A stretch of DNA of 64,000 nt from Octopus vulgaris (lineage: Eukaryota): contig OX597814.1 in the NCBI GenBank assembly GCA_951406725.2, positions 219,170,001-219,234,000 of the forward strand, written 5' to 3'. The position numbers and the translations under genes are program-made. The notes under the pieces are model-generated. The model saw only the letters and a program-made list of their open reading frames with translations, ran no database searches and was not told where the DNA came from. Every line of letters starts with the position of its first letter. The first letter of the stretch is position 1. Below are positions 38,072-52,183 of the stretch, piece by piece.

Positions 38072-41000
38072 TTGTGCCACTTTATCTTGACATTATGTGA
38101 CAGTTGTAAGTGCGTGTCACCATCATACAACCAGTTTCAGTTGTTTCCAATTTTCCAAGGGTGAGCCTGGACAACAAGTGTTGGTTGATGACAACAACTG
38201 CATCTGTCTGTAGAAAATCTACCTCTGTGAATTTAGTCTTACCCCTTGATAAAATGGTGATTCAATTCCAACAGTTTGCTACCACCAAAAAAAGAAAAGA
38301 AAGACAACGGACATTGCTATATTCATATTTCTGACAAATCCTTTTTTTCTGAATGACACTTCTTCTAGTATAGACAGAGATCATCATCATCATCGTTTAA
38401 CGTCCGTTTTCCGCGCTAGCACGGGTTGGACGGTTCGACCGGGGTCTGGGAAGCCAGGGGCTGCACCAGGCTCCAGTCTGGTCTGGCAGAGTTTCTACAG
38501 CTGGATGCCCTTCCTAACGCCAACCACTCCGCGAGTGTAGTGGGTGCTTTTTACGTGCCACCTGCACAGGTGCCAGGGGGGTCCAGCATCGGCCACGATC
38601 GGTTGGAGCTTTTAACGTGCCACAGGCACGGAAGCCAGTCAAGGCGGCGCTGGCAACGGCCACGTTCGGATGGTGCATTTTATGTGCCACCGGCACAGAA
38701 GCCAGTCGGGGCGACGCTGGCATCCATCTCCAATAAAGTATTTAAATGTAATATAATGGCTTGCACAAAAACCACGGTTGAGCAATTCCAAACTTTTAAT
38801 AATAATAATTAGAATATCAACCTATATATTTGATAATTTATTGATTTGAAAAAATATTCTTTCTGTTCCTATCGCTTTTTGGTCTCAAATTAACTGACTG
38901 ACTAGAACCATGTTTCAGTTATAACCATGGCATCTTGTACGTAAACAAAACGCTTCCAGGACCACATCGTTCCACATGTGGGGGGCGGGGTGATTGTATA
39001 GGGGCTCCATCTTTGACTAGTTTATTTCTTGTGGTTGTGTAGCCTGTCTAATTGTTTCCTAGCTCCGTCTGTACTGCTTATGCAGATCGATGACAGAATG
39101 TTGAGCAGATATAGGTGCAGGAGTGGCTGTGTGGTAAGTAGCTTGCTAACCAACCACATGGTTCCGGGTTCAGTCCCACTGCGTGGCATCTTGGGCAAGT
39201 GTCTTCTGCTATAGCCCCGGGCCGACCAATGCCTTGTGAGTGGATTTGGTAGACGGAAACTGAAAGAAGCCTGTCGTGTATATGTATATATATATAAGTG
39301 TGTGTGTATATGTTTGTGTGTCTGTGTTTGTCCCCCTAGCATTGCTTGACAACCGATGCTGGTGTGTTTACATCCCCGTCACTTAGCGGTTCAGCAAAAG
39401 AGACCGATAGAATAAGTACTGGGCTTACAAAGAATAAGTCCCGGGGTCGATTTGCTCGACTAAAGGCGGTGCTCCAGCATGGCCACAGTCAAATGACTGA
39501 AGCAAGTAAAAGAGTAAAGATATTGTTAGTGTTCTAGCCATGATCATAACGCTTTTATTGTAGGATGTTTATTACGAGAGATATGCTGTCTATATTCCAA
39601 AGATAGCCATTTAATCATTATAATAAGTTCTTGTTAAGTATAGGTCTACCTACTATATTTGATATAGTTGTAGGAGCTCTTTCTTTGTTGGGTGTGGAGT
39701 TTCGGCTGTTGAAAGGGCACACTACTCTGAATAGAAATAGTTCTGGCTTTGTACCTAAACAAAAACCTTCATCAATTATACACTGTTGTAAATATTGATA
39801 TTTTAATTTTTACCACTAGATCACAAATTTAATCAACTTGACTTATTGGTGCTCATTTTATGATTATCGAAGGATGAAAGGCAGATTGTCTGAATATTTG
39901 AATCCATGTTATAGTGACATATTGATTTATAAAGAATAAAACGATAAAATGTATTTATAAAAATCGAAATTCATAAAAAAAAAATATTTATTGATAAAAA
40001 ATAAAAACAACGATAGCTATTCAACTTATATAAAATTATATATAAAATATATAATTAAAAAAAATTGAATAACCAATCTATGATCTTCAAAAATGACTGA
40101 TCTTAAAAAGATGTTAAGTAAAATTAAGTGTATCCACGCCAAATATATAAGGAAATGCCCTGCTGCAAGTGAAAGGAAATATTATTCCATGAGAGCAATT
40201 CCTGGAGTGTCTGGTAATGAAAGAGTTGTCTCTGCTTGACATTGTAGCACCGACAACATCAGACTCGGCAGCTGAGAAGCAAACTTGTTACGGAGTTAGT
40301 TTCGATAACCACTCATCTAAATTTGTAGGTTGATGAAACCTTGTAATATACTTTTGCCTTTTGCTCACTCACATATACTTTACAACTCTTTCCTTTTGTT
40401 TTCTTTATCTCCTTCTGCATTTACTTCATACGTGTTCAGAATCTTCCTCCTTCCATCTCTCTCTCTCTCTCTTTCTGGCCATAAATAGACGTCTTCGAGA
40501 GAGTTTGATTGAAAATTCTCTTAAATTCTACCCTTACCTTCTCTCTCTGTGTGTGTGTGGTTCTTTTCTTTTTTTAATTCCTCGTAGGAATATTTACGTT
40601 TCTTTTTACTACCTATATTTGTTCTAGTGTTTTTATTTTCATTGTCAAGTGTGATTGATGTTCTTTATTTTAGGGAGTGTATAGCAACCAACCTGTTAAT
40701 TCTTAACTCCTCACCCCTCCTCATCAATGCATCTCTCTGCTCTAAACTTCTCAGTCGGTGCTCGGGATTCCAGCCGTTCTCTTATTTCTTACAGGTGTTG
40801 TGCTTCCTCTTTTTCCTTTACTAATATCGGTAACTATGTAACTAAAGAATTCTTTGGCTAAGTTTTTTGCGTCGTCATGAAGGGAAAAGCCGAAAGCTGT
40901 TGCTGTCTCAGCTGATTTAAAATATGCACATTTAATAATCTGGAATCGTTTGATTTCGCAGCCTCCTCTTCTCGCTCTTTAATTATCTCGTTCTTCCTAT

Positions 41001-42186
41001 CTCTATACAGTTTTTAATTACAGGAGAACATTCCATCGCTTATTTCGTCTAGCTAGCATCTTCATCTAGAGTTTCATTCAGCTTGCATCTCCATCCAGTT
41101 AAAAATAAGTTCACAAAATTTTATCACGTCGTAAATTGCTTTTAACTTTCTGTCTTTCTGTTTCGATCATTATTTCCTCTTAAGAAAAGTGAAAAACTAC
41201 GACGAAAGCTTAGTCAGATTGGAAGAATTCAGAATATGAAAAAATGCTAAGACATCACCACTAATTAATTAGGCTGTTTATATCGCGGTTTGTTTCTAAT
41301 CTCAGAATCTGGTTATGGTTGACACTATTCAAGTCCTGTTGGCCACCCTGGCAGTCAGCTTGCTAGCGGCAACCCTTGTTATGACATCAATGTTTATTGC
41401 GGCTTTTATGTTTATTCTGCTTCTCGGTGGAATGGCCATGATGATCGTCACGCTCATAACAGGCAACGACAGTTTCCTCTCGTGGCACTGGTGTTGACAA
41501 TCCAAACTTCAAATAACATCAACAGTACTTTGGTTATTGTCTTTAAAACTCTCGCATACAATCTCCACGCGCCGCGCCTACAAAAAGTTAAAATGATAAA
41601 GAAAAAGAAAAGAAAATTTTGTCGAAAAACCAAATCTTTGAGCAAAAAGGAAAAAAAAAAAAAGTTTTGTCTGGCCTCTTCGAAATTATTGATACGTCTC
41701 TGCGACAGAAAACTCGATCTGTTAAAAGACTTCGTTTATATTATTTTATCAATAAAGATTTTGGCCTGAAGATTTGTCTGTGATACTATAAACCGCCAAA
41801 GAATGGCAAATTTATATTCAAAGGTAGGACTTTGCAACAACTTTCTCTTTACATTTTTTTCTTTTTTTAATATTATCTAATATTGCTTATCATGACCTTT
41901 ACCCTATATTTTATATTGTATATTCTATATAAAAGGGTCGATAAAACTGAGCATGCGGAACGGAAAGCCCCTGAGTAAAGTGAAAGCGTCCAGTTATTTT
42001 CGCTTTAAAAAAAAGTGTTCGTTAAATGAGTATTTATGTTTAATTATGCATGAGGTGCTCGGATGTGTGTGTGTGTGTCTGTTTGTATTGTGCGTGTGTG
42101 TGTATATATATATATATATATCTACGTGTGTGTGTATGTATTTACATACACGTGACGTGACCCAGCAGTTCCTTTAGCATTTAAAT

Positions 42187-42438
42187 CAGTGTTTCTCAAC
42201 CGTCTTGAACCCTACGAACCCCTTTGATTTCTATTTTACTTGGATGGGCCCTCATAACCCATTCAGTGCTTTAAAAAAATTCCTATTGAATTTTTATAAT
42301 GAAATATTTTTTAGGAATTGTATGAAAAAAAAAAAAATATTTTATGACTTGTAGAAGAAATTTATTGCACATAGATTTTTTTACAAAATCTTGTACGGAC
42401 CCCCAAGGGCCATAATGGACCCTGGTTGAGAAGCCCTC
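42187..42438. mobile_element. hAT (Charlie-like) MITE
   Basis: cagtgtttctcaacc ... ggttgagaagccctc with a degenerate 8-bp TSD (atttaaat / acttaaac). Confidence 0.6.
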
Positions 42439-42598
42439 ACTTAAACGATCTTAATTTGTTTGTCATTACAGTTTGATACTCACCAGCTTTGTTTCCTCCG
42501 AAGTGTTTTGTTTTATTTGTTAAATTCTGTTAATAAAACTCAGATTTCATGTTTGGTTACTTTAAAATTTAATTGTTTTTAAATGTTTCTTTGCATAG

Positions 42599-42699
42599 GT
42601 ATCTACACATGTGAAGAGATGAGTGACCTCAGCTGGGCTTTTGTTGCGATTGGAATTCTTATATTTTACCATTTTATACCACTACAGATAATTGCCAGT
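42599..42699 (+). CDS. TMEM164: TMEM164 orthologue, internal coding exon (101 bp, phase 1/0)
   Basis: ttgcatAG acceptor and GTaaga donor. Translates (G)IYTCEEMSDLSWAFVAIGILIFYHFIPLQIIAS, versus recalled human [33 protein letters not shown]. Too short to appear in the ORF track. Confidence 0.92.
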
Positions 42700-42753
42700 G
42701 TAAGAATCTTCTTATTTATTTATATCTTTATCTCTCTCTATATATGCCCTTAA

Positions 42754-42958
42754 CCCTTCAGTGTTCAATCAAAACTAATGCTTGTTTATCCACATTATTT
42801 TGAATTAATCATGCAATTAGCTTGTAGCTTTGAGATTTTGATGATGTAATTGTCTATTCTTAGAATTACATTGTAGGGTAGGTATGATATGCTAGATCTG
42901 GCCGGTTTGAACATGTAGAATATTTGGGATGGATATGGCTGGTTTAAATGCCAGAAGG
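42754..42958. mobile_element. piggyBac-type MITE (second family)
   Basis: TTAA|cccttcagtgtt ... aatgccagaagg|TTAA; 54 bp downstream of a TMEM164 exon. Confidence 0.7.
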
Positions 42959-43435
42959 TTAAATGGTTTGAAAAGGTATTTGATAAAAGCATTATTATAA
43001 GTGCAGGAATAGTTGTGTGCTGAGAAGTTTGCTTCCTCCCCAACCAAAGGGTTTCAGGTTCATCCCTCACTGTGTGGTGCTTTGGGCAAGTGACTTTTAT
43101 AGCCTTATCATCATCATCATCGTTTAACGTCCGCTTTCCATGCTGGCATGGGTTGGACGGTTCAACTGGGGTCTGGGAAGCCAGAAGGCTGCACCAGGCT
43201 CAGTCTTATCTGGCAATGTTTCTACAGCTGGATGCCCTTCCTAACGCCAACCACTCCGTGAGTGTAGTGGGTGCTTTTTACATGCCACCAGCACAGGTGC
43301 CAGACGAGGCTGGAAAACGACCACGGTCAGATGGTGCTTTTTACGTGCCACCGGCACGGAGGCCAGTTGGGCGGCGCTGGCTACGGCCACGTTCGGATGA
43401 TTTTCTTACGTGCCACCGGCACTGGTATCACAGCT

Positions 43436-44022
43436 AATAATAATGAAATTATTGTATACAGTGCTCAGGTGCACCACAACTTGTCAGACAGTGCATATAA
43501 AGCACATGCAGTAATGTAGAAATGTCTGGAAAGTGAACAATGTATGAGTCAGATACATGCTTGCGTGTGTATGGAGGGGAGAAAATCAGGTGTAGTGATG
43601 GCGAATCTCAGAAAGCATGGAAGTTTTGAAGGATACAGTGCTCCGACAACTAACAACTGATGCCAGCAGTTTGTTCCATACTTCAGCAACTCTCAGCGTG
43701 AAAAAATGTTTCCGAAAGTCATGGGAGCTGTGCTGTTTTCTGACTTTTTAAATATGTCCACGGGTGTTAGACAGGTGGAGTTTGAAAAGGTGCTCAGAGT
43801 TATTGTTTGTAAGATGGTTGATAATTTTATGGGTGTCTGCCAAGTCAGCTGCCAGACGTTGGAGTTTCAATGTGTCCATGCCCAGGGAAGTAAGGCGTTC
43901 AGGATATGGCAAATGCCTGATGGAGGGTATTCTTTTGGTTGCACGTCGCTGAACGGCTTCCAGACGATTGATATCCTGGGCAAGATAGGGGTTCCAGACC
44001 AGTGATGCAAATTCCAGCCTTA
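43436..44022 (-). mobile_element. CR1-clade LINE 3' fragment
   Basis: LEFASLVWNPY..DINRLEAVQRRATK..YPERL motif; same family as 36760-37095. Confidence 0.85.
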
Positions 44023-45690
44023 TACTGATCAAAGCTTTGTGTGTGAATATGGTAGGTGGAAACTGAAAGAAGCCTGTCATATAGGTGCGTGGGGGTGTGT
44101 ACCATCTTCTTGCTGTCTTCGCCTAATAGTTATGAACAAGTGCCACCACCATGCAAGTAGTGTCCTTTTTTTTTTTTCAATCTTCCATGGAAACATAATC
44201 TTGCCATGGAGGAAATATTATCTTGCTTGGAAATAGGTGAGGATTGGTGATGAGAAGGATATCTGTTTGCAGAAGAAATTTGCCTCAATGATTTCTATCT
44301 GACCCATGCGAACATGGAAAATTGGATGTTAAAACCATGATGATGATGAAAAGGATGATGGTTCTTAATGTCTAATATCCAAGAAATATGAAAAAGTGGT
44401 TTCTCTTTTTTAATAACACTGCCTCATAATTTGATTGAATCTCTCTGTCTCTCTCTCTCTCTTTCACACACACACACACATACACTTTTCCTCCCACTTT
44501 ACCATTTCTTGGTTATAAAACCCCATTCCACTCTGCTTACTTTCACTAATTATTTCATCATGTAATCCATGTAATCCTCGTTGTTATTATTTGGTTGAGC
44601 TTCCCCGGATTTGTTCAGCTCAGTCATTCTACCAATCACAGCATTGCATAACATTCAGGAAGTCAGAATGTCAACATCCTGTGTCCATAGTGAACTGCTT
44701 GTTGAAGATTATTGTTTGGCATCTGCCCAATATGTATTCACTTTGGGGGTCTCCGTAAGAGAATACCACCAATGAGTTCTCATTTTGCTGTCCAGTTATC
44801 ATCATCATCGTTTAACGTCCGTTCTCCATGCTAGCATGGGTTGGACGGTTCGACCGGGGATCTGGGAAGCCAGAAGGTTGCACCAGGCTCTGGTCTTATC
44901 TGGCAATGTTTCTACAGCTGGATGCCCTTCCTAATGCCAACCACTCCGTGAGTGTAGTGGGTGCTTTTTACGTGCCACCTGCACTGGTGCCAGGCGAGGC
45001 TGGCATTGCCCACGGTTGGATTGGTGCTTTTTACGTGCCACCTGCACTGGTGCCAGGCGAGGCTGGCATTGCCCACGGTCGGATTGGTGCATTTTACATG
45101 CTACCTGCACGGAAGCCAGTCGAGGCGGCACTGGCTTCGGCCAGTTATGTCCTACAAATATTCATATCTCCCTAATATTATATATATATATATGTATGTA
45201 TATCACCATAATGATCATCATTGTTTAATGTCTGTTTTCCAGGCTGTCATGGGTTGGATGGTTTGAGTGAGGTCTGGGAAGCCAGGAGGCTGCACCAGGC
45301 TCCAATCTGATCTGGTAATGTTTCTACAGCTGGATGCCCTTCCTAATGCCCACTCTGTGAGTGTAGTGGGTGCTTTTAGTGCCAATTTCTACAGCTGGAT
45401 GCCCTCCCTAATGCCAACCACTCTGAGTGTAGTGGGTGCTTTTTACGTGCCACCAGCACAGGTGCCAGGCGAGGCTGGCAATGGCCACGATTGATTGGTG
45501 CTTTTTATGTGCCACCGGCACGGAAGCCAGTCGAGGTGGCACTGGCAATGGCCACGTTCAGATGGTGCTTTTTACGTGCCACTGGCACAGGTATCACAAC
45601 TACAATTTCCATTGATTTTTTTTTTGATGTTGATTATTGTTTATAATGTTGAACTTCTCTGTGTGTCTTCCTTTCTGTGCAAAATTAATT

Positions 45691-46456
45691 ACGAGGAGGT
45701 ATCAAAATGTTCCCAGACTAGTTCTATAGCATGCTAACAGATGGCAGCACATGGTTGCATGTGCACTGAGAGCTAGCAGTGACCTTCATGAGGCTGTTTA
45801 CTTTGCAAGTTGTGAAGTTTGTTTTTGTGATCACGTGTTTGCTGTAGTCTGCGGTTTTGTGATGGACAGGAAGTTGGAACAAAGAGCCAACATGTAATTT
45901 TGCTCTGAACTTGGGAAGTCAGCTACAGAGACATTGAGCATGCTTCGGCAAGCTTACAGCAATGAGGCAATGGGTTGTACACAATGTTTCAGGTGGCACA
46001 GGCGCTTCAAAAGCAGAAGAACATCCTGGAAGATGATGAGCACTCTGGAAGACCTACCATGAGTGTCACCCCTCTAAATGTGGAGAAAATTCATCAGCTT
46101 GTGCATGAAGATCATTGGAGGAGAATAAACTTGCGAGTTTCTAGCCAAAAACAACATGGTATTGCTTCTGCACCCACCCTATTCAGCAGATTTAGACTTC
46201 CATCTCTTGCCCAAGATGAAAATGCAACTCAAAGGTCCTTGTTTTATCATCATTGTTGAGATCCAATGTGAATTGCAGAAGGTCCTTGACTCACAGAAAA
46301 TGACTTCCAGGCCAGATTCCCAAAGTGGCAGGACTGCTGGGACTGGCGTATTGTTGCACAAGGTGACTATTTCAAAAGGGATGATGTTAAAACTTTGGTG
46401 AATAAGTTATTTTTTATTAAACCTAATGAGTCCAGGAAATTTTTGATACCACTTTG
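45691..46456 (+). mobile_element. Internally deleted mariner relic with both TIRs
   Basis: ta-cgaggaggtatcaaaatgttccc...ggaaatttttgataccactttg-ta. LEDDEHSGRP and HPPYSADL motifs. Confidence 0.8.
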
Positions 46457-47644
46457 TACCTTATTCATCATCTTTAAATGTCTGTCTTCCATGATGCTGG
46501 CATGGTTTAGATGATTTGACAGGATCCACTGGTCAGAGGACTATGATGTGCTCCAGTGTTTGCTTTGAGTTAGTTTTAGGAGTTGGGTGCCATTTCTAAT
46601 ACCAATCACTTTACAGAGTGCACTGGATGTTGTTTTTGTGGTACCGTACAAGTGAGGGCATCATGTAGTTTGCAAGATCAAGATCTCCATTGGCTGAAAG
46701 GGGCCAAGTTGAACCGTCCAATCCATGCTAGCATGGAAAGCGGACGCTAAACGATGATGATGATGATGATGAGAAAGGGAGGATAATGGGGATGAGATAA
46801 CTAGAGATACAAAGAAATGGGGAAGGAGTACTATGTGCCAATACTGCCTTCAGATGATTACAGCTGCCAAGTAGCACCATAGATAGAGGAGTGATTGCGG
46901 GCTGGATGTTTGAGGAATACTCGATGGAGCAGAATGGGTTACAAGCATAACCAGAATGATTTTAGGACATCACTTTTGCTGTGTTGAGTGGGTCCTTTTA
47001 CTTTTCCCTCTAGCTAGGTATCCAAGTATCTCCTTTACATCAGTCCACTTGTTTCTGTCTTCTTTCTTGTACCTCTTTCTGCCCCCTCTCTCTCTTCCTT
47101 TCGCTCTCTTCTCTCTTTCTTGTACCTCTCTCTGACCAGGTAACCATGTACGTCCTCTCTGTTTGTCTGTCACACTCTAACCTTTCATCATCTGACACAA
47201 GATCCTTTTCTCCAATGCCTCCTCTGCTCACCAAATTCCTTGTCTTGCATGTTACTTGGTGACCCTGTCAGTGCAGGTGCCATGTAAAAAGCATCCAGTC
47301 CACACTGTAAAGTAGTTGGCATTTGGTAGGGCATCCAGCTGTAAAAGTCTTACCCAAAACTGACCTCGCCTCTGCTGGTGCCATGTAAAAAGCCCTCAGC
47401 CCACTCTGTGGAGTGGTTGGTGTTAGGATGGGCATCCACTCGAAAAAAACCCTGCCAAACAGACACAGTAGTCTGGGGTAGCTCCTGTCAACTGTCCTAC
47501 CCATTCATGCATAGAAGAGGGACATTCAATGATGATGCTGTATGTATATGCATATATATATATGTATGTGTGTACATATGCACATATGTGTATGTATATA
47601 TATGTATGTATGTATATATATATATAATGTATATATATATATAT

Positions 47645-48079
47645 AATACTATAGGACAAAAACACAAAACATCTAGACAGTGTGTGTAATACATATGGGA
47701 TCAAAACATTCCAGCTAGACAAGCTGGTGTTGGGTCATTCAGAGTTTTCTTTCCTGGCAGTCGAGTTCCAGACTATCTTTGCAATTTCAGCTGGTTATAC
47801 TTGAGATTGCTCCAGTTTGAACCGTCAAGGAAAAACTAAGCTAAGGGCATTAGATTCCTTGAAAGAAAGCAGCGAATGCATATGAAAACAAGGATGGAAA
47901 AAAAAATGACCGAGAGAATATTACACAAATACAAATAACAGGACATAACAACAGGTGTCTTTCGACTAAGGATTGAATTAAATTAAGCTGTATATATATA
48001 GATACACACTCAGAGATTGTGATGCAAATAAACATGCTTGGGTGTGTATATATAAAATATATGTACATAAAAACATGTA

Positions 48080-48124
<45 letters not shown>

Positions 48125-48556
48125 CAAAATAGGACAAAAACACAAAACATCTAGACAGTTAGGTAATACAAAAATGGGACAACAAAACATCCAGCTAGAC
48201 GATACAAAGAAAACAAGGGCGGGTCATTCAGAGTTTTCTTTCCTCAATCGAGTTCCAGACTATCTTTGCAATTTCAGCTGGTTATACTTGAGATTGCTCC
48301 AGTTTGGCCAGCCCCAAGGAAAAACTAAGCTAAGGGCATTAGATTCCTTGAAAGAAAGCAGCGAATGCATACGAAAACAAGGATGGAAAAAGAAAAACGG
48401 AGAATATTACACAAATACAAATAACAGGACATAACAACAGGTGTCTTTCGACTAAGGATGAATTAAATTAAGCTGGCATATATATATATATGAGAGAGAT
48501 TGTGATGCAAATAAACATGCTTGGGTGTGATATATAAAATATATGTACATAAAAAC

Positions 48557-48560
<4 letters not shown>
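47645..48560. repeat. Tandem dimer of a ~480-bp ORF-less element separated and flanked by (TA)n
   Basis: ataggacaaaaacacaaaacatctagacag at 47651 and 48129. A related fragment lies at 30040-30160. Confidence 0.85.
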
Positions 48561-48596
<36 letters not shown>

Positions 48597-50995
48597 TGAG
48601 AGAGAGAGAAGTAGAAATTAAAATATTCAGATGAACACTTGTGTATAAACAAATATTTATATATTTACAGAATAAATTTACATGGAGTACAAAAATGAAG
48701 AAAACTAAAGGGAGGGGGCATGGTATTTCAAGTCCGACAGCTGATTCTGGGGACTCAGAATTATGTAATATTTGTAATGTTGATAGATTGAGTATGCAAA
48801 AATTCAAGGATACGCAACCAGTGGTGGATGCATATAAACATAACCATAAGGCTAACCTCTGTCTTCCAGGTGGGAAGAGCTAATCACAATGATCCTGATG
48901 GAAATAGTTCAGACAACCTGTGTAAAGTTTATGCATTAAGTTTAAGCAAGCAATGAACCTATAGTTTTCTGCTAACTTGGTTGTTTCATTCATGGCTACA
49001 AAATTCATCCGTTCTATAAGCAAGGCAGCCTGGTGTATCAGTTTGGCCAGCCATAGTTCTTTTGAACATACACATTAATGGCTTTCTGTAGAAAGTCAGC
49101 CTTTTCTATGACAGTGCAGATTGTGGTTAACTTTTGCTGATGACTCGTAAAAGGCACACATGCAGGCGACACGTAAGAGGCGCCCATGCTGGTAGTACAT
49201 AAAAGGCACCAGATACACTCTGTGGAATGGTTGGTGTTAGGAAGGGCAACCAGCCATAGAAACCAAGCTAAAACAGAATGGAGCTTGGTGCAGCACTCCA
49301 GCTTATGAATTCAATCAAACTGTCTAACCCTTGCCAGTATGCAAAACCAGCAACATCATCAATGACTTTCAACATGGGAGCAGTTGGCTTTTTCTTTAAC
49401 TTTGTTAAGAATGGCCTGTCACTTGATGATAGATTAGAAAAAAATTAGAGTTTTTTATCAACTGTGGTTTCAAAATATTCTGAAGCTGAATGTATTCCAG
49501 TCGTCCCTATTGAGTCAGTTACATGTGGAGGTATATGAGAGTTTAGTGATGACAACAGCAGTTTCATTACATTATTTTCTCATGGGAAATTTTGGCTAGG
49601 TCTCTGTACTTAGAGAGGATTTATTAGCACCATGAGAGTTTGAACAAGAATTGCTATCTGTGATAGCCATTTTATTTGGCAAAGAAAGAGATGTTTGCTG
49701 CCAAAGTTGTTTTGCCATAAACAAGTTTAAGTTTGGGTGAATTTGTTCTGCTACTTTTTTAGCTGCTTTATACAGCTAATAGAAGGGTCCTTTTGGGTTT
49801 TTTCATAACACTGTTTTAGCGCTGGCAATGGCCACGAATGGATGGTGCTTTTTACGTGCCACTGGCACGAGGCCAGTCAGGGCGGCGCTGGCAACGACCA
49901 CGTTCGGATGGTTCTCTTACGTGCCACCAGCACTGGTAACTCAGCTGCTATTTCCATTGATCGATTTTGATTCTGATTCATACTAGCGAGATTCCACACA
50001 ATGTGAGATATATTTTGTAATCTGGTCAGAGTAATGCTACTTTGGTAAGTAAAAAGCACTTCTGTTTTTAATGATAGAAGAAATAAACCAGTTACTGATT
50101 TAGGCTGGAAGAGTGTTTGCAAATTTTAACATTTTCAATATTGTTCTATGTCACCCCATTTCTGTATTTTTTGTTCATCTTCAGTCTCATCTCTTACCTA
50201 TGAGCAACAATCAGCTAAACATCATCCATTTATATTACCTCTCTATATAGACATGGTAAATTTGTATTTTTTTTTTTTACATATCACTATCCAAACTGGC
50301 TCCCGTGCCAGTGGCACATAAAAAGCACCATCCAAACATGGTCAATGCTAGTGCCTCCTGACTGGCTTCCATATTGGTGGCATGTAAAAAGCACCATCCG
50401 AAGGTGGTCAATGTCAGTGCCCCTTGACTGGCTCCCATGTCAGTGGCCCCATAAAAAGCACCCACTACACTCTTGGAGTGGTTGACATTAGGAAGGACAT
50501 CCAGCTGTAGAAACCTTGCCAGATCAGATTGGAGCCTGGTGCAGCCTACTGGTTTGCCAGTCCTCAGCCAAACCTTCTAACTCATGCCAGCATGGAAAGC
50601 AGACGTTAAACAATGATGATGATGATTGAATGATATTTTAAATTTTGTATTGTTACTCAGCTTGTACGAAATCCAAATAATTGACATTTACTGAAACTTC
50701 TCAGTTATCGTGGTTGATATTTACAGCAATAGAAATATTTTGTATCATTTTTAGTTGATATTTATGTAAGTACAAAAATGTCACCAACTTGGGATAAATA
50801 AAAAAATAATTAATGTTTTGAAGCAAATTGTAGGATAGGAATTTCATGAGAATATTTATTCCATGGCCAAAGGATTGCATATCATTAGTACCTATGTTCC
50901 GCTTACATCTCTTATTTTTCATAGACAGAAGTCACAGAGCTACAGAACTTGTACTTAATTCTTGAATTTGTGGCATTGAGAAAAAAAAGATGAAT

Positions 50996-51970
50996 CTCTC
51001 TCACTTATACTTTCTCTCTCTCTCACTCATTCTCTCTGTCTTACTCATTCTCTCTCTCTTACTCATTCTCTCACTCTCACTCATTCTCTCACTCTCACTC
51101 ATTCTCTCACTCTCACTCATTCTCTCTGTCTTACTCATTCTCTCTGTCTTACTCATTCTCTCTCTCTCACTCATTCTCTCACTCTCACTCACTCATTCTC
51201 TCACTCTCACTCACTCATTCTCTCTCTCTCACTCATTCTCTCTGTCTCACTCATTCTTTCTCTCTCTTACTCATTCTCTCTCTCTTACTCATTCTCTCTC
51301 TCTCACTCATTCTCTCACTCTCACTCACTCTCTCACTCTCACTCACTCATTCTCTCTCTCTCACTCATTCTCTCTGTCTCACTCATTCTTTCTCTCTCTT
51401 ACTCATTCTCTCTCTCTTACCCATTCTCTCACTCTTACTCATTCTCTCACTCTCACTCACTCATTCTCTCTCTCTCACTCATTCTCTCTCTCACTCATTC
51501 TTTCTCTCTCTTACTCATTCTCTCTCTCTTACTCATTCTCTCACTCTCACTCATTCTCTCTCACTCATTCTCTCTCTCACTCATTCTCTCTCTCACTCTC
51601 ACTCATTCTCTCACTCTCACTCATTCTTTTTCTCTCTTACTCATTCTTTCTCTCTTACTCATTCTCTCACTCTTACTCATTCTCTCACTCTCACTCATTC
51701 TTTTTCTCTCTTACTCATTCTCTCTCTCTTACTCATTCTCTCACTCTTACTCATTCTCTCACTCTCACTCATTCTTTCTCTCTCTTACTCATTCTCTCTC
51801 TCTTACTCATTCTCTCTCTTACTCATTCTCTCACTCTCACTCATTCTCACTCATTCTCTCTCTCACTCTCACTCATTCTCTCACTCTCACTCATTCTCTC
51901 TCTCACTCTCACTCATTCTCTCTCTCCCTCTCTCACTCATTCTCTCTCTTATTCTCCCTCTCTTTCTCTT
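50996..51970. repeat. Degenerate CT-rich satellite built on ctcactcattct(ct)n
   Basis: About 1 kb nearly devoid of G on the + strand; explains the 334-aa L/S/H ORF. Confidence 0.95.
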
Positions 51971-52183
51971 AATGTAACAAAAATCCATAGTTAAGTAACT
52001 TTGTGCAAAAGGAAACAAATTGTTTACTGCATTTTGGTCAACTGAACAAATGGAGAACTGCATGTCCTGCTAGAAATGCATCACAATACCTGCAGTGAAT
52101 AAACAATTTTTACTATAAGCATTTATTATTTTCTTGCAGTATATCTTTCTATTATTATTTTCATTATTTTTTTTTCTTTTTAG

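Noticed and set aside
40870-40905. gtcatgaagggaaaagccgaaagctg, a hammerhead-like word (similar weak case at 40296-40320 on the - strand)
   Set aside because: The core does not fit CUGANGA and the stems cannot be formed convincingly.
50990-51994. 334-aa L/S/H/T-rich ORF
   Set aside because: It is the translation of a CT-rich satellite that lacks stop codons by composition.
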